This document shows, piece by piece, positions 49,044 through 61,000 of a stretch of 64,000 nt of DNA. Under the pieces are notes generated by a model. It did no database searches. It saw nothing but the letters and a program-made list of their open reading frames with translations, and was not told the DNA's origin. The translations under genes and the position numbers were made by a program. Every line of letters starts with the position of its first letter. Positions within the stretch are counted from its first letter, which is position 1. Origin of the DNA: Amoebophrya sp. A120 (lineage: Eukaryota; Protista; Dinoflagellata); the NCBI GenBank assembly GCA_905178155.1, contig CAJINV010000003.1:8411444-8475443 (forward strand), read 5' to 3'.

Positions 49044-52020
49044 ATGAAAAGGAGCGGCAGCAGCCCCGCGGCGATTGTCAGCACGGCCGTCGGGAGGAGC
49101 GGGAGCACGCCGGTGGAGCCGACGCGCCGCCCGGCCCGCCAGCTCCGCCCCAGCTTCGCCCCAGCCTCGCCCCCGCCGTCTTTGACGTCGCGCATGAAAC
49201 AGGAACACGCGGCGGCGGCGGTATCCTTTGCAAAAACACCCCGCCCCATTCCTGCCGTGCGTATTTGCATGCCCGGGCCAAACTATTTGGCCTGCCGCCC
49301 GCGTATAGGCTTTTTTGATGCTGTTTGTAACTTTCGCAACGAGGAGCAGGGCAGCAATTTGTCATGCGCAAGGGCCAGAATTTCTTTGCAGTTGTGATAG
49401 AGGTGCAGTCTTGGCTGTGGGGTGGGGGGTTTTGTCCAAAGGATGGCAGGCAGAGCCGTTATCTATTGCAAAAGAATCAAACTAGTACGAATTGCTTTTG
49501 CATCTGCATCACATCAAAGGTCCGCAGCATTGGTAGCGGAATTTGTGATGCGGGTTTGCCTTCAGAAAATAAAAACTTATATTTGTAACGCGTGACAACT
49601 GCAATCACTATGAGTGCGATACTTTTGCACAGGATGCCCGCTGAGTTGCGACGATTTCAGCACCTCGTCTGACGACGGACGGTATCAGGTGCAAAAGTGT
49701 CTGGGTCTGGAAGCGCCAAACTTGTGATGCGCATTTCAGAATACAGAAAAATCTCTCATGCATAGGTCGCAAAAGCTGCACACTTTCTGTCACCAAAATG
49801 AGGAATTTGTCATGCGGATTCGGCAGTGCGGAAGCTTGTCGAGACCTGTGACGCTAGAGCTTCCATGCCACACCTTCTGCGCCATGAAAGCCAGCATGTT
49901 TTTCCAGACCCAGACCCTTTTACCTTTGATATGCTCGCCGCGAGCTCGATGTCAATCATCAGAACTATCCTGTGTAAAAACGTCCCCACCCCATAGTCAA
50001 GTTAGTAAATCTGGAACACAAATTTCCAAGTTTTGGGAGTTTTGCATGACAAGTTTCCATCTGTATTGTCGTGCTGTTTAGCAAGGACAGCCGCATGAGA
50101 AAACAAGCCTCTCATCCTGTTCACAGCATTACAAAGTCCAAAACAAGATTGGAAATGCCTCTCATGCTCATCCGCATTACAAATGTTCTTGTCATTGCAC
50201 ATTTGCATGACAACTCTGGGGTGGGGACGTTTTTACACAGGATAAGAACGGCCAAAAAGTCATCCCGGGCAAAACCGCTGAAAAGACCCGCCTCCCCGGG
50301 CGAGTTGCAGTCCCTGTGGACGATTCTCGCGGGCCATGGTATGGATGTGTCAGAGTTGAAATCAGCAGAGTTGAAGTAGAGATAACTTGTAATGCATAAA
50401 ATCGATGCCAGTTGCAAGCCCAATGTCTACGCGGCGCATGACAAAGCTGAGTATTTAGAGTCAGAATGCAGTTTGTAACTCTCTTAGGGCAAGGAGGACG
50501 CCTGTTGTCATGCTGCTTGAGCAGCTCTTTTTCTACCCCGAAACAGGCTCACAATCTGCCTCCCTTGCCTACTCAGCAAGACAGGCATTTTATGCATAGC
50601 AAACTACTTCAACTTTGACGATTTCAAACCTGACAGCTCCATGCGTGGCTTTGTGCGCCCTTCCTCGCCCCTGGCGGGGAAGGGGTGCATTTGCCGCCAC
50701 TGCGGGTGTATGCAATGCAAAAGCATCGCACTCGTATACTAAATGCATTACAAATTTCCTCTGCGTGAGACATAAGATTTGTAATGCGGATTTACCTTGT
50801 TTATAAAAAAAACCTCTCGCGCGATGTTGCTACACAATCGACGGGGTTAATAAACAAACTGCATTGCTCGTGGAAATAGGTCATTTTTGAAAGTTCGAGT
50901 TGCAATTTTACATACGATGCTAGCTGTTTCTTCTAAAAACTATCGCTCGTTACTACACTAGTTCTAATTTACTACATCAAGGAAATTTGTAATGCATGAT
51001 TGCAATTACTACGGGTGCGATATTTTTGCGCAGGATAGGGTTTGCGGCGACCACCAACACGGGAGTTGCAAAACTAAGCTACAGCGAGAACGATAAGCGG
51101 CACACCTTTACCGGGGCAACGGACGGCCGGAAGGTTTTGGTGTACGATTGGCAGCTCCCCTATGAAAGTGCCCAGCGCCCCCGAGCCCGCATTTGTCAAG
51201 CAAAAGGCAACGCATGATAATGATGATGATGATGAAGGCACTACTTGCGTGACAGATTCCCGAATCCAAAACAGCACTACGCTACGTAGTGCTATTCGTA
51301 GAAAGTTGTAGCGCAGTCTGCTTGGAATTTGACACACAGAAGCTGCATCTTTGCCAGCGCTTGTTTTGCTGTTCATGCAACCAACACAAACGAGGGGGAG
51401 GGGGTGTGTGCACTCTGATACCCACGAAGAAGAGCGGGGCGGGTTTATCCTGAGTAAAAGCGTCCCCATCCATGAGCTGTAATTGACTTTATTTTGGTCT
51501 CTGGCAGTACACGAACACGAACACCCCAGAGCTCCTGTCATGCAAATTTGCAACGACAGGAACATTTTTGTTTGTAATGCTGTAAACAGGACGAGAGAGT
51601 GGCTTTCTCATGCGGCCTCTCTTGCCAGGCAGCACTACACTGCACGGGAAAACTTGTCATGCACAGCTTCCAAAACTTGGAGATTTGTGTTGCTAGATTC
51701 CCTACTTGACGATCATGGGGCGGGGACGTTTTTGCTCAGGATAGGACTGGGGGAAGGGCCTATGGCGTTCTCAAATGTTACATTCTCCTCTGTTGCATGA
51801 TTTGTCATGCAAAAGCGCCATGTATGATCATCTACACGATCAAGCTGTTCTGCATGACAAATCCTGGAAGGGCCAAACAGGATGATAATCTGTGCCAAAT
51901 CTGTCATGCAAGACGCGTAATGCCCCCCCTTTCACTTTTCCCACTCTTGCATCACAAGTCCATGTAACAGTTGAGAATGTAACAGTTGAGAACGCCATAG
52001 GGCCGAAGCACAGGTTTTGA
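49044..52020 (+). CDS. 190-aa hypothetical protein in 10 exons separated by 9 introners
   Basis: Elements 49222-49445, 49460-49636, 49683-49931, 49966-50244, 50340-50643, 50709-51037, 51161-51420, 51446-51743 and 51761-51999. Exon sum is 573 nt, open from ATG to TGA. Contains CICRHC. Confidence 0.75.
49966..50244. mobile_element. Introner family F, 279 bp
   Basis: TSD AGAAC/AGAAC; 27-bp TIR. Confidence 0.92.
50340..50643. mobile_element. Introner family E
   Basis: TSD CATGG/CGTGG. Confidence 0.85.
50709..51037. mobile_element. Introner family B
   Basis: TSD GGGTG/GGGTT. Confidence 0.85.
51761..51999. mobile_element. Introner family G (TATGGCnTTCTCAA)
   Basis: TSD GGGCC/GGGCC. Confidence 0.9.
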
Positions 52021-52104
52021 GTAGGTAGAGATTTTATACAGCGTTAGAAAGACTACATTACTTTTGTAGAAATAATAAAAATAATGTAGTGTAGAAATAA
52101 TAAA

Positions 52105-53590
52105 TCCTCAGCGTTAGAAAGGGTGTCTGTAGTCACTACAGACACCCTTTCTACATCCGCATTACAGATTCCGTATTACAGCCATCCGCATTACAGATTC
52201 CATTTCTGCAAGCGTTGGAAATGGAATCTGTGATGCGGATTTTCCTCAAGAAGTTCTTGAGGCAAATCCGCATTACAGATTCCATTCCTAATGCTGAGAC
52301 TTCTTGGGGGATTTGTCTCAAGAAGACTTCTTGAAGCAAATCCGCATTACAGATTCCATTTCTAATGCTCCTGAGGTGCTAAAGTTATTTCTTGAGGCAA
52401 GTCCGCAAATGGAAATCCTCAGCATTAGAAAGGGTGTCTGTAGTCACTACAGACACCCTTTCTACATCCGCATTACAGATTCCGTATTACAGACATCCGC
52501 ACTACAGATTCCATTTCTGCAAGCGTTGGAAATGGAATCTGTGATGCGGATTTTCCTCAAGAAGGTCTTGAGGCAAATCCGCATTACAGATTCCATTTCT
52601 GCAATTCGGCTTGTGCAAAATGTTGAAATGGCCATTTCAACAATTCGGGTTCTGCGAATTGTTGAAATGGCCATTTCAACATTTTGCACAAGCCGAATTG
52701 TTGAAATGGCCATTTCAACAATTCGCAGATCTCGAATTGTTGAAATGGCCACTTCAACAATTGAGTGATGTGTTTTGCATGACATATTCCCAAAATTAGA
52801 ATCAAAAACTTGATGCGTTTTGCATGACAAATTCCCAAATGCGGAAATTTGTCATGCAGTTTCAATTTGATGCGTTTTCCATGACAAATGTCCAATCCAA
52901 AACGGAAATTTGCCATGCGCTTTTGTATTGCCGTCTCTACGGCAATAGCAATACAAAGTCCCTCAGCCTCAGCATTAGAAATGGAATCTGTAATGCGGAT
53001 TTGCCTCAAAAAAAAGCTTATGCCTTCAGCATTTATTTGCAATGCAATCTGCGGATTTGCCTCAAGAAGAGTCTCCTATTCTTTCTTGAGGCAAATCCAC
53101 CAAGCTACAGACTCCATTTCCAATGCATTACAGATCCTGTTTCTATTGCTGATGAATTTCATTTGCGGACTTGCCTCAAGAAAGAACTTGAGGACTTCAG
53201 CACTAGAAACGGAATCTGTAATGCGGATTTGCCTCAGAGAGTCTTCTAGACATAAATCCCTCAAGAAGTCTTCTTGAGACAAATCCGCATTACAGATTCG
53301 CTTTGCAATGCTGAGGAATTCCATTTGCGGACTTGCCTCCAAAAAAAGCTTTAGAGCTTCAGCATTAGGAATGGAATCTGTAATGCGGATTTGCCTCAAG
53401 AACTTCTTGAGGAAAATCCGCATCACAGATTCCATTTCCAATGCTTGTAGAAATGTAATCTGTAATGCGGATTTGCCTCAGGAACAGGAACTTCTTGAGG
53501 AAAATCCGCATCACAGATTCCATTTCCAATGCTTGCAGAGATTGAATCTGTAATGCGGATTTGCCTCAAGAACTAGCATCACAAATTCGC
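52105..53590. repeat. Complex direct/inverted array of ATCCGCATTACAGATTCC units with hairpins and a central 39-bp-period palindrome array
   Basis: >20 GCATNACA/TGTNATGC motifs. Hairpin AGAAAGGGTGTCTGTAGTCACTACAGACACCCTTTCT occurs twice. Palindrome TGTTGAAATGGCCATTTCAACA occurs 4 times (52621-52760). Confidence 0.9.
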
Positions 53591-55024
53591 AAGCTCATGA
53601 TAAAAAGTTTACTTGAATCGACTCCAGTTCTTGAAAAATAACCAGCTGTCAACTTCAAAATAGCAGTACGTGGAAAATAGAACAACCGGTAAGCGCTTTA
53701 CAGTTTTGACTTTTTACAATTTCAATTGCAACAGAGGTCCGCCACAAATTAGAATTTCAGATTTTACAATACTAGACTGCTTACTTCTGGATTTAACACA
53801 AACAACTTCAGAATTTACAACTTTCGACTCACCTACTTGGATAGGATGTGTACAGAAATTTTACTTCCCCGATCCACAGATACGCAGCGACTGTATCCAT
53901 TTGTGAAAGTGGAAAAGATGCTGCTGTTCTGTTTTTGGGGTCGTAGCTACGTCAGCTCCATCTCGTAGAAAAACTTTTTTGGATTTCTCGTATGTAGCAG
54001 CTCGCTAGCGTCAGAAAGAGCAAAGTTCTCGCTCATTGGGATAAAAACAATTCGTAGTCAGACCAATATTTCTATTCGTCGCACTACGTACAAAATGCAT
54101 TACAAATTACCACAGAAAAGCACACGAAAACTTCACACCGAGAAGAACCCTGAACCGAAGCCAATTGCTGCCTCGACGAGAAAACAGGAATTTTGTTTTT
54201 TGTTACCTCTATAGTGTGAAAGCAATAAGAGGACGCCAAGAAGGGCGGGAGCAGAAGTATTAACTTGCGGGAAGCAAGTGTTTTCTACGATTGTTCGGAG
54301 ATATCGGCTAAAAGAGATTTGTATGGAATTTTCAAAAATAAGTCTCAAGTTCCGGTATAGTGTCGCCTACCTCAGTTCGGTGCAGCTCTTTTCTGTTTTT
54401 TTGAAGTCGTAAAAGACCACAGTGACTCTAGCAAAGAAGATACTCTGTCGCTTTCGTCTTTCATCATTTTGGTTTATTCTTTAACGATTTTCGACACCGC
54501 CAGCGCTGGATGGTATCTTGTTTGTTAAAGAGTAACTCCTTTTTTTTCTTCAAGTCGTGTAGTCGTTCTTCGTGTCGAGCCAAGCTCTTCAAGAAAGACT
54601 ATTGCCGCGCTCGTATGTCTTCATCGTCGGGGATTTTTTTTGGGAAATAGAAAGCATTTTTTCACAAAAGTAAAATGCTCTATGCCTGTTGCTTCGGTGT
54701 TGATCCTTGCTCTCTGATCGTTGCCTCCAGGCGCCCTATGGTCGTTGCGATCGGTGTATTCTTCTACCCCTCAATACTCTCCCCGCGCCGAAGTTTCTAA
54801 TGCACAGCTTTCACCGAGTTCAGTTTGTTGCTTTACTACTACTACTACTACTAACTCCTACGTAGATCCCCCTGTTGTTAATTACTACTAGTACTACTTT
54901 AGATTCATTTCCCGCGTTATATTTATTTACTAGAATTAGAACCCTCAGCGCTAATACTGTATGTAAGTAGAGCAGCCCTCCCGCCACTCCCGCATATCGC
55001 TTTGATTGCGTAGCATCCCAAGAA

Positions 55025-58000
55025 ATGGCCGCGGCCGCGAAGGGCAAGTCGGCCGCGAAGATGAACACGTCGCGCGTATCAAAAGGAAGCGGCCCCCTTC
55101 CCCATATCGAAAACGACATTTGTGATGCGTTATTTGAGTACACTAATAAATAGACTTGTAGTGCTAGAAGGCCAAGAGCCGCAGTTGTGGCCTCGCTTGC
55201 AGGCCATTTGTCATGCTGTTTCCTGCTTCCAGCTGCCTCCTGTCATGCTGAAGATGCAAGGCTTCCCCACGCCACCCAGCACTACAGTCCCCATCTTTTA
55301 CCTTCTAGCGTGAAGCTGCATCACAGATTTCCGTTTTGATATGGGGAGGGGGGCGCTTTCTTTGTGATACAGCGAGCCGGGCGATACGCTCCTGCCGACA
55401 CTATCGCAGGAGGCGCAGATGAAGAAGAGTAACGCAGGCAAGAAGACTATCCTATGTAAAAACGTCCCCACCCCATAGCTGTCATGCAAATGTGCAGTGA
55501 CAGGAAGATTTGTAATGCGCATCTCCATGAGAGGCACTTCCAGTCGTGTTTTGGAATTTGTAATGCTGTAAACAGGATGAGAAGCTCGCTTTCTCATGCG
55601 GCTGCCCTTGCTAAACAGCACTACGCTACAGATAGAATCTTGTCATGCAAAACTCCCAAAACTTAGAAATTTGTGTTGCAGATTTACCAATTTCACTATG
55701 GGGTGGGGACGTTTTTACACAGGATAAAGATGAACAAGAAAGATGAAGATATCAATCTGGACCTGGACGTATACGACAGCGACTTCGGGCTATACGACTC
55801 GGCTCCGGGCGACGATGGCGGCAAGGCTAGCGGTGGAAGATCGGCGCCGAAGAACAAAAAGCCGGCAATACGCAAGGCAAAAGTATCGCACTAGTACTAG
55901 TATGCGCCGCATATACAAAGACTCACTTCGCTCGGCATGACAAATGGACTTTGTGATGCTGCTTTAGCTTTGGACTCGGGGGAACGTTGCGACTTGTGAT
56001 GCATATCGCTATCAGCAAGAACGAGCGCGCGTGCCCACGCGATACTTTTCCAAGGCATAGACAAAGAAGAAAAACCAATCCTCCACATCATCTCACAAGA
56101 GCTTTAACGGAAGACAGCAAGCCATGAAGATGGTGAAGGGGCGGTCACAGGAAAGCTCGAGGAAGAAACAACTCCGGACGGAGCCCCTCGTTTTCCTGTC
56201 GGAGCAGCTGTACTGCGAGGAGGTCTCCGACGAGGAGGAGGAGGGCGTGGGCATCGAGTTTCAGTATGTTGGGCAAAAGTATCGTGCTCTTATTGCAGTC
56301 ATACACTACAGAAAATTTCGTTCTATATATAAGGTCTTAATCCGCATTACAAATCGTGTTTCGTCTCATGCTGAGAGAATTTGTAATGCAGTTATGCGAG
56401 TGCGATACTTTTACACAGGATATTCAGACGTCGGAGGCAATGTCCCGCATGGTCGACCGCTTCGTCGGCGGTAAGGACAAGGGCCGAAAGGCGATCGATA
56501 TCTTGCAGCAGAGCGACCGCGGCGAGAAGTGCGCGGACTGGTTCATGAATCTGTTCACCAACAAGGAAAACCGAACTATTGCAAACCCGACCTTGCTAGA
56601 GTGGTGCCAGTGGGATGTTTTCAACGTGAACAACGACCCACACCAGAACCGGCCGCTGAACATCGTGCTGTCCTGTAAGTACTGTGACGCAGGAACCGCA
56701 CACGACAAAAGGCTGAGAAACTTGCAAAAGCGCAACGCGGCCTCAAGCTTCGGCAACGGGACGTTTGTAGCGCTGCAGGAGGCCCGGGACTTCCAGCGGA
56801 AGTCTGCTTGCTTGTCTATCCTGAGTAAAAACGTCCCCACACCAGAGGCAAGTTGGCGACTTAGCAACACAAATCCAGAAGTTTTGGGAGCCACGCATGA
56901 CAAGTTGCAGTCCGTAGTGTAGTGCATGTTAGCAAGGAAAACTGCATCACAAATCCATCTTCTCATCCTGTTTGCAGCGTTACAAATTTCAAAACGCGAC
57001 TGGTAATGCCTCTCATGGAGATGCGCATTACAAGTCTTCCTGTCATCGCAAATCTGCATGACAACTCTGGGGTGGGGACATTTTTCCTCAGGATATTTTC
57101 CAAGATGCTGGAGTATCAAGTGTAAAAATGTCTGGGTCTGGAAGTAGAATGCAGCTTGTGATGCTGCATTTGGATTCCAGAAAAATCTGTATTGCGTGAG
57201 TACCAAAAGGAATGCAAGTTTTTCTACGCGAAGAGGGCATTTGTCATGCGGAATAGGCATCAAGAAGGTCTCAAAAAATCTGTGAATCACGGACATCAGG
57301 GCTCATGCAAAACGTGCATGACAAGTGTCAGAATCTTTCAGACCCAGACACTTTTACAATCCATATGGAGCACGAGGGGCCTGTGCACCAGAAAGCAAAG
57401 GCGAACATCCAGAACAAGAACAAGATTCCAACCTTCAAACGTCCAGTCGTCGAGGACAAAAAGCGCGCGAAAGCGCGCATTATGGCCCGGCACGCCTTGA
57501 TCAACCTGAAACAGGCGGGGTCGCATCCTTCCTGGAAAATGCATGTCGAGGCGACCTTATCCTATGGAAAAACGTCCCCACACCCCAGGACTGTCATGCG
57601 AATCTACACGCCCCGAGTGTTTCTCATGCGCAGTCCCCTGCGAAGCATTTCTAGCTGCCGTCTTGCACTCTGTCATGCTACAATTGGGGAGCGGGGTGGG
57701 TGCCTACGTTTTTCCTCCTCATAGACCTTCGACGAAGCTGTGGGCAAGGACCTGTACGGCACGTCAGTCGGCTGGAGCGAGTATAGTGCCTTGAAATCTT
57801 ATGACAACGAAACTCCGCGCCGGAGTCACGTCCGAGGCTTTTTGTGAGGCCTGTGGGATCTGTAATGCGGATTTGCCTCAAGAAGACCTCTTGAGGGATT
57901 TGTCTCAAGAAAACTTGTTGAGGCAAATCCGCATTACAGATTCCATTTCTAATGCTGAAGTGCCAAAGTTCTTTCTTGAGACAATCCGCAAATGGAATTC

Positions 58001-61000
58001 CTCAGCATTAGAAAGAGGATCTGTAGTGCGGATTTGCCTCGAGAAAAGTGCCGAGCTCTTAATTTTTTTATTTTTGGAGGCAAGTCCGCAAATGGAATTG
58101 CTCAGCATTGCAAATGGAGTCTGTAGTTCGAAGTTGCCTCAAGAAGACTTCTTGAGGGATTTGTTACAAAGAAATCCCTCAAGCACAGACGTTTTGTGAG
58201 GCTACAATGTAGCCTCGCAAAACGTCTGTGCTGCGACTGTGGCGCGAGAGTTCGTTTTCATAAAACCACGGCGTGCGCAGTGTGCCGAGACGAGGTCTAT
58301 GGCATTCTCAACCGTTACACTCTCAGCTGTTGCTCGGATTTGTGACGCAAGAAGCGAAACAGTAAAAGGGGCAAGCTTGCAGCTTTTGCATCACAAACTC
58401 GGCAAAAACTTTTTTTGATAGGCGCCGTTTAGCCCTTTGGGATTTGTCATGCGAGATAGGTTGATCGCCTGGTGGCCCATGGCAATTCTGCATGACAAAT
58501 CCAAGTAACAGCTGAGAGAGTAACGGTTGAGAATGCCATAAGGCCGACGCGGCAATTGCAGGCACCGCGGCGCTATCCTGTGCAAAAGCATCGTGCTCGT
58601 AGTAAATGCAAACATGCATTACAAATCTTGCTCTTTAGGTAAATCCGCATTACAAATTTCATTTCTCATGCTGAGGACATATGTAATGCATTTTTACGAG
58701 TGCGCGTGCGATGCTTTTGCATTCCATGGGCGCCGTATCTGCTGCAGGCGGACGGCAAAAATGGGAAGTTGTCCGCCTTCCTGTTTCTCGACGTCAGGTA
58801 CCAAGTGCAAATGTGTTAGTCTGGGTCTGGAACATTGCGGCCATGTTGCTCCTGGGTCGTGCAAAAGTGAGAATATTTGCAGTATGGATGTCAATAGATG
58901 CCCACCCTTGGCCAAGTTGGCAGGATGTTTCTCATGCAGGAGAGGCGTGATAGATAGGAGCATCAGCGTCACAGAATCTGTCATGCTCGGCGACGGGGGT
59001 CATGGAGCATCTGCGTGACAAGTCTCGTAATCTTCCAGACATATTTGCATTTGATATGAGGGGGAAAAGCCAGTGGGTCCACATTGGATCCGCCACTCTA
59101 GCGAAGACAAAGAGTGCCTACGACACGTATGAAGCCATCTACATATCGATTGCAAAAGTGTCTGGGTCTGGAAGGATCAAACTTGTAATGCTATTTCCGG
59201 ACTCTAAAAAATGTGTTGCGTGACAGGCAATAGGAGTCCAGTTTTTGCCACGTGGAGAGGGCATTTCTGATGCAGGATATGCATCAAGAAGCACTCAGAA
59301 AATCAAAAGTGTAATGCTAGGGCATGCATCACACACAGCCGCAAGGGGTCACGTCAGATGTGCATGACAAATCTTCCAATCTTCCAGACCCAGACACTTT
59401 CGCAATTCACACTACAAGATCCTCTACGACTGCGGCATCTCATGCGAAGAGATCGGCTGCCTCATCATGGACGGCGCTGCCGAGCTCGGCCTGGCGCATG
59501 CCGACAAGAAGATTACCATCAACACGAAGGCGCTGAGAAAGCTCGGGTTTTCTGTCGGGGCGAACGACGATCCGAACTCGAAGAGTTACGTTTTGCCGGT
59601 AATTAGGGCGATAGAAGACAAGGAGAACGACCCGGAGGATAAGGCGGTCGTCCCCCCAATTTCGGAGAAAGACTCGGAGCACCTGAAGAGCCTGTTGGAG
59701 TTTTTTCAGAAGCACAACCCGCACGTCATTGGTATCTATTGCAACTGCCACAAGTTGGACAGAATACTCGAGCCGGTGCTCCGGAAGTCCGAATTGGTGC
59801 AGGCGGTGCAGAAGGAGATGATGTCGCTGAACGGTCTCTGTAAAGGCGGAAAGGGGTCCAAAACATTATCCGCAGCGGGGAAGCTGGTCGTGGCGATGTC
59901 CACCTTCGTGGATGGCCCAATGGCCACGGTGTCGCAGCTACCATGTGCAAAAATGTCTGAATCTGGAAAAAATGGAATTTGTGATGCTGACTGTCGGCGA
60001 TGCAAACTCGCAAAGTCCTGTATTGCATGACCAACAAACGGAGCTCAGTTTTTTGCTATTCTGAGAAGGCATTTCTCATGCAGTATAGGCATGGGAAAGC
60101 CTTCACAAAATCTGTATTGCTACAGCATGCATCTTTACCGACATTGAAGGTCATGTAAAATTTGCATGACAAACTCCCCCAAAGGGGGAGGCAAAGTGTG
60201 CTGCACTTCTGTTTAGCATGACAAACTCCCCCAGACCCAGACATATTTGCAGTTGGTACCAGTTCGAGGTGATTTTCATGCGGTGGCTGTACCTCTTGAC
60301 GCCCATCAAGTCCGTGCGCACCCATTTGGCGAGCATCCTCCTCGCCGCGACCCGGATTGCAAACCCCGCGTACACCGGCAACGCTACAACTTCGCAACAA
60401 TGGGAGGAGAAACTGAATTTCTTCGGGCAGGTCCACATAATGGCTTTCATCAGCAGTCTCGCGGACTTCCTGGGGCAGTACCGAAAGATCACGGCGGTGG
60501 CAGAGTCGGAGGAACTGAGCCTGCAGGAGTCGGAAAGCAAGGCCAAGCAGCTGGCCGACAAAATACCAAGCTTCCTCCGGGACATGACGGCCCATTGGGC
60601 GGATTTGGAAGCAAAATTTATCCCGGAGAACAAACGGAAACTGAAGCCGAAAGCGCGGAAGATGGTCAAAGAGCACAAGCACGTCGTAGATCTGGAGATA
60701 GAGGCCAACCCTAACCAAACGGCCGGCGTCCTCCATGTCCGGGATAACGAGGGCGAAAGAGATACCTTCTGGAAAAACGTCTCCACCCCACCCCATCTTC
60801 CTTTTCTGAAGAACGCCTCTTTGTGTTTTATTTAATATGTATAATGGAAACTTGTCATGCGCTATGCATACACAGAAATGTGGTTAGTATGGGTACTAGC
60901 ACTACACACACTGCAGACGAAAACTTGTCATGCGCAGATCGCTTTTTAATGCGCATCATACATATTGGGATACCAAGAGAGCGCCTCAGTATCTATGGGT

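Noticed and set aside
52151-53553. Repetitive ORFs ([12 protein letters not shown]..., [10 protein letters not shown]...) as proteins
   Set aside because: They are by-products of the DNA repeat and appear on both strands. The recurring KMSGSGR/FQTQT peptides elsewhere are likewise translated TIRs.
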